A stretch of 5,973 nucleotides of DNA from Octopus sinensis. Taxonomy: Eukaryota. The position numbers and the translations under genes were made by a program. Location of the stretch: the NCBI RefSeq assembly GCF_006345805.1, contig NW_021829728.1, positions 1 to 5,973 on the forward strand. The letters are read 5' to 3'. Below the pieces are notes generated by a model. The model did not search any database. It was not told the DNA's origin and worked only from the letters and a program-made list of their open reading frames with translations. This document shows positions 1-5,973 of the stretch, piece after piece (positions within the stretch are counted from its first letter, which is position 1; the number at the start of each line of letters is the position of its first letter).

Positions 1-58
1 AGAGAGAGAGTGCAAAAGAGAGAGCAAAAGAGAGACAGAAGAAGGAAGGGGGAGAGAG

Positions 59-110
<52 letters not shown>
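1..110. repeat. (AG)n purine-rich microsatellite, running off the window start
   Basis: Near-continuous AG dinucleotides, pure from about 70 to 110, with GA-rich interruptions upstream. Confidence 0.95.
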
Positions 111-113
<3 letters not shown>

Positions 114-319
114 CAGTGGACCAGTCCACATCACTCATTTAACACCTTATCGCTTCATATATAATATATATGAACAAACGTCAAAGCACAAAATACCTTC
201 TCGTCGACTTTCTTCCTCATAATTCACGCACTCTCGGACGAGCTTTCTTCCTATTTCATCGATATTATATTGATATTCATTCATCTATTGATTACACTTT
301 GAGAGATTACAATGCTGTC

Positions 320-471
320 GTATATGCGTGTGTATATATGAGTATATAAAATACATATACATATATATATATATATATTTTATCGACAAGGTAAGTAGGA
401 GTGTTCAAACTTTCTTTTTCTCTACTTTGCTCTTGTTGTTCGTTAGCAACGTGGTTTTTTGTGTTGTTATG

Positions 472-505
<34 letters not shown>

Positions 506-798
506 TACATATACTTATGTAAAGTTATATATATATATATACATATATATATATACACACACACATAAATATATTCGTATGTACATACGTATATGATTAT
601 GTATACATATGTAAAGTTATGTATATATATACATGTATATATATATTCGTATGTACATAAGTATGTATGTATGTTTGTATGTATATGTATATATATGTAA
701 AGCTATATATATGTATATACATGTATATATATGTATATATATCACATACCCACATAGAAATGCATATGTGTGTGTGTGTGTGTGTATGTGTGTGTGTG
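320..798. repeat. Compound (TA)n/(TATG)n/(CA)n/(TG)n microsatellite region
   Basis: (TA)n at about 360-378, (TATG)n at about 468-500, mixed TA/TATG/CA at 500-740 and (TG)n at about 767-798. A short non-repetitive stretch lies at about 379-467. Confidence 0.9.
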
Positions 799-986
799 TT
801 CCCGTTATTTCAGTTTCGTACAAGGCTGCGCTGGGTTGGACAGGGTGGGGCTGTTTTCGAGTGTCTAGGGGTCGAACCCCTGACTTCACTCAACTTTGTG
901 ACACGAGGATTATCTGTTTTCTATATCCAACGTTTTGAGTTCGATACCAAATATTTTGCACTGTTAAATCTATTGAAATATATATG

Positions 987-1126
987 TTTCTTTATTACCC
1001 ACCAGGGGCTAAACTTAGAGGGGACAAACAAGGACAGACAGAGGGATTAAGTCGATTACATCGACTCCAGTGCGAAACTTGTACTTTATTTATCGACCCC
1101 GAAAGGATGAAAGGCAAAGTCAACCT
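987..1126 (-). mobile_element. 5'-truncated SINE, second family (central domain plus 3' tail, tRNA head missing)
   Basis: Minus strand reads aggttgactttgcctttcatcctttcggggtcgataaataaagtac...gtcgatgtaatcgact...tgtttgtcccctctaagtttagcccctggtgggtAATAAAgaaa. The GGT(C/T)GACT..GCCTT(T/C)CATCC...GGGGTCG motif is typical of SINE central domains, and the element ends in AATAAA plus an A-rich tail. Family assignment is from recall only. Confidence 0.75.
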
Positions 1127-1144
1127 TTGTATTAAGATCTACGT

Positions 1145-1196
1145 ACCAACCCACCTACCAACATACCTACCTACCTACCTACCTATCTATCTACCG

Positions 1197-1268
<72 letters not shown>

Positions 1269-1333
1269 GTCTATCTATCTGTCTGTCTATCTATCTACCT
1301 GTCTGTCTATCTATCTACCTGTCTGTCTATCTA

Positions 1334-1399
<66 letters not shown>

Positions 1400-1400
1400 G

Positions 1401-1445
<45 letters not shown>

Positions 1446-1489
1446 CTATCTACCTACCTACCTACCTACCTACCTGTCTGTCTGTCTGT

Positions 1490-1525
<36 letters not shown>
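1145..1525. repeat. Compound tetranucleotide microsatellite (CTAC)n-(CTAT)n-(CTGT)n, i.e. GATA/GACA type
   Basis: About 380 bp of in-phase 4-mers switching between CTAC, CTAT and CTGT. Confidence 0.97.
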
Positions 1526-1526
<1 letters not shown>

Positions 1527-1539
1527 TCTTATACAACCT

Positions 1540-1748
1540 AATCTGTTTTTCTTCTTTGTAACATTTACATTTTCTGTGATACACGATCCCTTTCAATTGG
1601 CACTTTAAATTATTTTTTCACGATCCCTATTCATCGAAATTAATATTTTTCTCTATTTTCTCTCTTTTTTTCTTCCCTAAAATAAAAGCCCTACATTGTA
1701 TTTTGTCCCCTCTGTGTTCAGCCCTATATGACTAATAAAAAAAAAAAA
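1540..1748 (+). mobile_element. Probable 3' UTR remnant of a Tx1/L1-like non-LTR element with poly(A) tail
   Basis: T-rich segment ending ttttgtcccctctgtgttcagccctatatgactAATAAA followed by an A run to 1748. This terminus matches the 3' ends at 987-1030 (-) and 2804-2862 (-). TATC repeats flank both sides. The left boundary is uncertain. Confidence 0.55.
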
Positions 1749-2093
1749 TCTATCTATCTATCTATGCATACATGCATGTATGTATGTAGTATACACACGC
1801 ACGCCCACACTCACATAATTGCGAAAAAAGCGAGACGAATATAAAATAAAACGGAAGAAAAATAAATATATAAATATCTAAATACCTAAATAAAATAATA
1901 TACAAATATAACAAATAAATAACATTAAAAAAAATGTCATTAAATCCCGAGGACAAATGTCCAGTCCATTTCTGTCAAAGTTTTTATCAAGTTACAAAGT
2001 ATAGAAAGAAGTAACTGGTGTTTTCATAACGTTACTTTTTTCTTCTCTACGGAATACCACAGGGGTCAGCTATGATTTTGATCTTATCTTACA

Positions 2094-2319
2094 CTTTACT
2101 CTTTTACTCTTTTACTCTTTACTTGTTTCAGTCATTTGACTGCGGCCATGCTGGAGCACCGCCTGTTAGTCGAGCAAATCGACCCCGGGACTTATTCTTT
2201 TTGTAAGCCCAGTACTTATTCTATCGGTTCTCTTTTTGCCGAACCGCTAAGTGACGGGGACGTAAACACACCAGCATCGGTTGTCAAGCAATGCTAAGGG
2301 GACAAACACAGACACACAA

Positions 2320-2388
<69 letters not shown>

Positions 2389-2566
2389 TATACATATATA
2401 CGACGGGCTTCTTTCAGTTTCCGTCTACCAAATCCACTCACAAGGCATTGGTCGGCCCGGGGCTATAGCAGAAGACACTTGCCCAAGATGCCACGCAGTG
2501 GGACTGAATCCGGAACCATGTGGTTGGTTAGCAAGCTACTTACCACACAGCCACCCCTGCGCCTAT
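2094..2566 (-). mobile_element. Full-length tRNA-derived CORE-like SINE (octopus OR-type appearance), copy 1
   Basis: Minus strand: ataggcgcagg start, A box TGGCTGTGTGG, B-box-like GGATTCAGTCCC, CORE-like ggcatcttgggcaagtgtctt, an internal (TA)n(TG)n tract at about 2322-2400, and a 3' tail of tandem GTAAAAGA units (2094-2123). Highly similar to 5392-5790. Confidence 0.9.
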
Positions 2567-2717
2567 ATTGTTCATTTATGAAATTAATTGGCAGTGATAT
2601 TCTGGTCTCGGTTGATTTAATTGGTCTATTAAGAGAGTTGTCTCTTATATAAGATGTGTCTGTTATTTTTAGGTCTCAATGGAAATAAAATGTTAATTGC
2701 TTATTATTATTATCATG

Positions 2718-2803
<86 letters not shown>
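2718..2803. repeat. (AAT)n microsatellite, tract 1
   Basis: Near-perfect AAT run with one phase slip. Confidence 0.97.
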
Positions 2804-3360
2804 TCTTTTTATTGGCCACAAGGGCTGACACGCATGATTAGAAAACATAAAGGGACAAAACAAGACGAAAGGTTACAAAGGGTTTTGTCCGTTTGTGAAA
2901 AAAATCGCGTAAAAACAGTGTAACAATCAAATAATATAACAGCGAAAAACTCCCAATAGGGGGAGGCGTTACGAAAGGTTCCTGGTGGGAAAAACCCATA
3001 AAAGCCAACGGGAGCCTGGTCAAAAGTGGGGGGGGGGTAGAGAGCCCGTTTCTCCTTTTATAATACCTTTTTCAATTACAGGCGAAACCTCAGAATTGGT
3101 CCATTTATACTGGCCATTCTTGCACAATTCACCCACGTTTCAGAAAACTTGCTATCAGACAGCACTCTCCTCTCTAACTTCATCTTCCTTTTCAAGTAAA
3201 ACTTGAAAAAGTTGATGAGGCCTTGACCAAAGAGGAAAGTGTCTGACTTTAGCCCTTTCAAACGGGTCCACTATACAACCTCTTTCGCCACAGCCACTAG
3301 GCACAGGAAAACGGCCTTGCCTTCCTTGTTAAAGGAGGTCGGCGGGGCAATCTTCACTAT
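2804..3360 (-). mobile_element. 5'-truncated Tx1/L1-clade LINE: ORF2 C-terminus plus 3' UTR
   Basis: Minus frame 3360-3076 reads IVKIAPPTSFNKEGKAVFLCLVAVAKEVV*WTRLKGLKSDTFLFGQGLINFFKFYLKRKMKLERRVLSDSKFSETWVNCARMASINGPILRFRL*. The hydrophobic-AK..(V/I)W..R and later F...W pattern resembles the C-terminus of Tx1-type ORF2 proteins. The TAG at 3273-3271 is probably a mutated TGG. The 3' UTR has a C-run and ends in AATAAA (2813-2808). Confidence 0.7.
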
Positions 3361-3362
3361 GT

Positions 3363-3385
3363 ATAATAATAATAATAATAATAAA
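3363..3385. repeat. (AAT)n microsatellite, tract 2
   Basis: Short perfect AAT run. Confidence 0.9.
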
Positions 3386-3914
3386 GTACCAGGCAGTGGC
3401 TATCGTGGCTTCTGATCTTAACTGATTGGAAGTGCTATCATGTACATCGTTTTGTCTTGGTATAAAAGATGGGCTACAGCAAATATTCTGCTCAATACCA
3501 CAGATTTGCTAGTCAGTTGTTTGACCATGTCCCTTAGTGGCTGACGATATGTGCATCTCTGATCACGAGCAGAAGTAGTCGGGGAGCATCATAGCCATGT
3601 GTTGAGAGGGATTCATTGAGGTTTGGATAATTCACCTCTGGAAACATGGGTGTTTCGTTTAACATCCTTACACAACCCTTATTCAGGGACCTTTTGAGTG
3701 GGATGGGTTACTCGACCAGAAGAAAATTCTAACTGGGCCCCACCTGCAAGGTCATGTGCTGTTTATATTGATGTGAGATCACCATGTCACGCACATATGG
3801 TTGTGATGCATGTTCCTGGTGTGCCCTTATCAGACAGGTAGTCATGATGGGTATACTGGGCTTCGTATATTTTACCCCAGTGTCACTTTGATGGCATGCA
3901 CTGCTCTCTCACTC
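3386..3914. mobile_element. Unclassified ~530 bp complex segment between AAT tracts, probably an interspersed repeat (UTR-like part of a non-LTR or non-autonomous element)
   Basis: Higher GC than its surroundings, sharp edges against (AAT)n on both sides like its retroelement neighbours, and no recognisable coding motif. Orientation is unresolved. Confidence 0.5.
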
Positions 3915-3964
3915 AATAATAATAAAAATAATATACTAATAATAATAATAATAATAATAATAAT
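3915..3964. repeat. (AAT)n microsatellite, tract 3
   Basis: AAT run with an imperfect middle (aaaaataatatact). Confidence 0.9.
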
Positions 3965-4453
3965 AAGGTCACAGAAACGGCGAGAAAGCACCATACTCTG
4001 GGATATGCCGATACACACAGATAGAGAAATTAAGGCCAACAGACCAGATATAGTTGTCAGAGATCATGAAGAAAAAAAATGCTTTCTAATTGATGTATCA
4101 ATACCGGCTGATGACAAAGTGTCTCTAAAAGAAATGGAGAAACTCTCAAAATACAAAGACCTGGAAATAGAGGTCTGAAATGTGGAATCTGAAAACAGAA
4201 ACAATTCCTATCATAGTAGGTGCATTAGGCATGATAAAAAAATATTCAGACAAATACATAACAAAAACACCAGGACGTACAAACACATATATCATACAGA
4301 AAATTGCACTACTAGCACTGCACACATCCTACGCAGAACACTTTCCATACAATAACCATCAGAGCATCACAACAAATCACAGCACATACCCAAGGCACAC
4401 AGAGCTGCGCTCGGTATGAAGTGAAAGCATGCTATAAAAATAAAACTACTACT
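3965..4453 (+). mobile_element. 5'-truncated Dong/R4-clade non-LTR retrotransposon: degenerate RLE domain plus 3' UTR
   Basis: Reconstructed peptide KVTE/..TILWDMPIHTDREIKANRPDIVVRDHEEKKCFLIDVSIPADDKVSLKEMEKLSKYKDLEIEV/MWNLKTETIPIIVGALGMIKK...IQKIALL/TAHILRRTLSIQ* (stop 4353-4355). It contains the RPD...D...K..KY signature of the PD-(D/E)xK restriction-like endonuclease. Frameshifts lie near 3980, 4176 and 4315. A short 3' UTR runs into (ACT)3(AAT)n. Confidence 0.88.
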
Positions 4454-4515
4454 AATAATAATAATAATATAATAATAATAATAATAATATAATAATAATA
4501 ATAATAATAATAATG
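4454..4515. repeat. (AAT)n microsatellite, tract 4
   Basis: AAT run with two phase slips. Confidence 0.95.
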
Positions 4516-4670
4516 ATAAGCATATATTACTTCTTTATATTCTTCCCGGTTCCATTTTGTCCCTTTATATTTTTGATTTTCTGGTCGTTGTGGTGGTGAA
4601 CTTTGGGGGCTTAATTTGGGACAAATCCCGTTTAAGTGACCTTCCAGGTTCGTATTCGGGGAAGTTATTC
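4516..4670 (-). mobile_element. Inverted fragment resembling the N-terminal region of a Dong/R4-type ORF
   Basis: Minus frame from 4668 is open: ITSPNTNLEGHLNGICPKLSPQSSPPQRPENQKYKGTKWNREEYKEVIYAY. The KW.REE...V...Y pattern resembles the Myb/SANT-like first helix near the N-terminus of RLE-type non-LTR ORFs. This frame is not in the supplied ORF track. Confidence 0.55.
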
Positions 4671-4992
4671 ATGTGGCATCTCAAGGCGACTACAGGATCT
4701 CTAGGAATGATAAAAAAAGGTACTGAAACCTATTTGAAAATGATACCAGGCTTACCATCCCTACAGGAAGTGCAAAAAATCGTGTGAACTGGAACGACTC
4801 ATGTACTGAGAAGAGCATTATCGCTGTGAAAACAACATCCATCCATGAATTTATTTATTCATTAATTTTTAAATACATATTTTATCTGTGAATTTGCGCG
4901 TGTAATCTGGGAACGCATGCAATGAGCTTCTCTGCCCTGGGTGTACGGAAAACACCCGGCGAGAAACGGAAGAAAATTTGAAGAAAGAAGAA
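4671..4992 (+). mobile_element. 3' end of a second, distinct Dong/R4-clade family
   Basis: MWHLKATTGSLGMIKKGTETYLKMIPGLPSLQEVQKIV*TGTTHVLRRALSL* (end 4829) aligns with MWNLKTETIPIIVGALGMIKK...TPG...IQKIALL.TAHILRRTLSI at 4180-4355. It has a 5-codon deletion and a premature TGA at 4785-4787. Its 3' UTR differs from the first family and runs into (AAT)n. Confidence 0.85.
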
Positions 4993-5011
4993 AATAATAA
5001 TAATAATAATA

Positions 5012-5071
<60 letters not shown>

Positions 5072-5090
5072 TAATAATAATAATAATAAT
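4993..5090. repeat. (AAT)n microsatellite, tract 5
   Basis: Long near-perfect AAT run. Confidence 0.97.
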
Positions 5091-5134
5091 CTGTGAGTGA
5101 ATAAGGTGAGCAGAAATTCTGTGGAGGTCCCTTC

Positions 5135-5157
5135 TGTGTGTGTGTGTGTGTGTGTGT
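5135..5157. repeat. (TG)n microsatellite
   Basis: Perfect TG run. Confidence 0.9.
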
Positions 5158-5170
5158 ATCTTTCTGTTGT

Positions 5171-5391
5171 CCTTTAACTCTTACAGTCTTTAGACCCTAG
5201 GCATGTTGAGGCATCGTCTTGAAGAATTTTCAGTTGGAAGAATGAAACAACCTCAGTACTTTTTCTTCTAAAAGACCGGTACTTATTCCACCGGCATCTT
5301 TTGCAGAATTGCTAAGTTACGAGGACGTAAACAAACCAACACCGGTCGTCAAGCGATGGTGGGGAACAAACATAGACACAAAGACACATAC
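5171..5391 (-). mobile_element. Older diverged CORE-like SINE, 3' half (host of the nested insertion)
   Basis: Aligns colinearly with about 2115-2325, for example ggtacttattcc, gctaagttacgaggacgtaaacaaaccaacaccggtcgtcaagcgatg and ggggaacaaacatagacaca, with many substitutions. Confidence 0.8.
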
Positions 5392-5790
5392 ATAGGCGCA
5401 GGAGTGGCTGTGTGGTAAGTAGCTTGTTTACCAACCACATGGTTCTGGGTTCGGTCCCACTGAGTGGCACCTTGGGCAAGTGTCTTCTACTAAAGGCCTG
5501 TGAGTAGATTTGGTAGACGGAAACTGAAAGAAGCCCGTCGTATATATGTATATATATTTATATATATATATGCGTGTGTGTGTTTGTGTGTCTGTGTTTG
5601 TCCCCCTAGCATTGCTTGACAACCGATGCTGGTGTGTTTATGTCCCCGTTTCTTAGCGGTTCGGCAAAAGAGACCGATAGAATAAGTACTGGGCTTACAA
5701 AAGAATAAGTCCCGGGGTCGAGTTGCTCGATTAAAAAGGCGGTGCTCCAGCATGGCCGCGGTCAGATGACTGAAACAAGTAAAAGAGTAA
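5392..5790 (+). mobile_element. Near full-length tRNA-derived CORE-like SINE, copy 2 (young, nested)
   Basis: A box TGGCTGTGTGG 5405-5415, B box GGTTCGGTCCC 5448-5458, CORE-like ggcaccttgggcaagtgtctt 5466-5486, a deletion of about 16 bp near 5491 relative to copy 1, internal (TA)n(TG)n at 5541-5590, and tail gtaaaagagtaa. Confidence 0.92.
5405..5458 (+). promoter_or_regulatory. RNA polymerase III type-2 internal promoter (A and B boxes) of SINE copy 2
   Basis: TGGCTGTGTGG and GGTTCGGTCCC with tRNA-like spacing. Each deviates slightly from consensus (TRGCNNARYGG, GGTTCGANNCC). Confidence 0.7.
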
Positions 5791-5973
5791 TACACACTCA
5801 TACCACCTCATCTGTCTATCTATCTATCTATCTATCTATCTGTCTGCATGCTACAGGCTTCCTTCAGTTTCCGTCAATCAAATTCACTCACAAGGCTTTG
5901 GTCAGTCCGGGGCCATAGTAGAAAACTCTTGCCTAAAGTGCCCCATAGTAAGATTGAACTCTGAACCATGTTG
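5791..5973 (-). mobile_element. Older diverged CORE-like SINE, central microsatellite plus 5' half, continuing past the window end
   Basis: 5853-5973 aligns with 2403-2523 (ggcttccttcagtttccgtc, cactcacaaggc, ttggtcagtccggggccatagtagaa, gaaccatgt). It is preceded by a (TATC)n/(TGTC) tract at about 5811-5846. Confidence 0.85.

Noticed and set aside
154-174. Inverted repeat ttcatatata-a-tatatatgaa
   Set aside because: Mostly self-complementary TA repeat, expected by chance in this composition.
10-1541. ORFs 10-222, 307-564, 328-522, 617-889, 633-938, 667-1050 and 984-1541
   Set aside because: They are open only because microsatellites lack stop codons (ER, YI, CV, LSIY and TYLP repeats). No domain signal.
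1830-1935. A-rich stretch and ORF 1762-1956 (-)
   Set aside because: Low-complexity AT sequence with no identifiable element or coding signal.
2247-2923. ORFs across SINE copy 1 and the poly-N/poly-I ORF at 2654-2923 (likewise 5428-5801)
   Set aside because: Translations of SINE and (AAT)n sequence. The similarity between the 2281 and 5428 peptides only reflects SINE copies.
3541-3575. Hammerhead ribozyme core CTGACGA
   Set aside because: No GAAA follows a closable stem II (GAAG instead), and no consistent stem I or stem III could be built by eye.
3810-4419. ORFs 3810-4178 and 4180-4419 as a functional nuclease gene
   Set aside because: The first is a chimera of an unrelated insert, an AAT tract and the RLE fragment. 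The RLE has frameshifts and a stop, and there is no RT: a dead 5'-truncated copy.
4555-4568. 14 bp match ttttgtccctttat to the Tx1 3' tail (reverse complement of 2847-2860)
   Set aside because: It is not followed by the AGCCC...AATAAA part and lies within the frame encoding YKGTKW on the other strand. Treated as chance.
2718-5090. CRISPR-like repeat-spacer interpretation of the AAT array
   Set aside because: The repeats are variable-length microsatellites, the 'spacers' are about 500 bp retroelement ends, the context is eukaryotic and there are no cas genes.
5395-5470. Functional tRNA gene
   Set aside because: Only A and B boxes are present, with no acceptor stem, and the sequence runs straight into SINE body sequence.
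5385-5797. Target-site duplications for the SINE copies (e.g. ataca on both sides of copy 2)
   Set aside because: Too short and in low-complexity sequence. None is visible for copy 1.

Overview
AT-rich eukaryotic repeat-dense DNA with no supportable host protein-coding gene. The SINE families and microsatellite density look like an octopus/cephalopod genome; this is pattern recognition, not a database result. The window holds many microsatellites, three copies of a tRNA-headed CORE-like SINE (a young + strand copy is nested inside an older - strand copy), and a fragment of a second SINE family. A 2.4 kb (AAT)n 'string' at 2718-5090 carries four inserts between five AAT tracts: a 5'-truncated Tx1/L1-clade LINE 3' end (-), an unclassified ~530 bp segment, a Dong/R4-type restriction-like-endonuclease (RLE) LINE 3' end (+), and a second Dong/R4-type 3' end (+) fused to an inverted piece that resembles the N-terminus of such an ORF. 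Best leads: a 3' tail shared by the second SINE and the Tx1 LINE (possible SINE/LINE partnership), the inverted N-terminal/C-terminal fusion, and the (AAT)n landing-pad array. Most ORFs in the supplied track are microsatellite artefacts.
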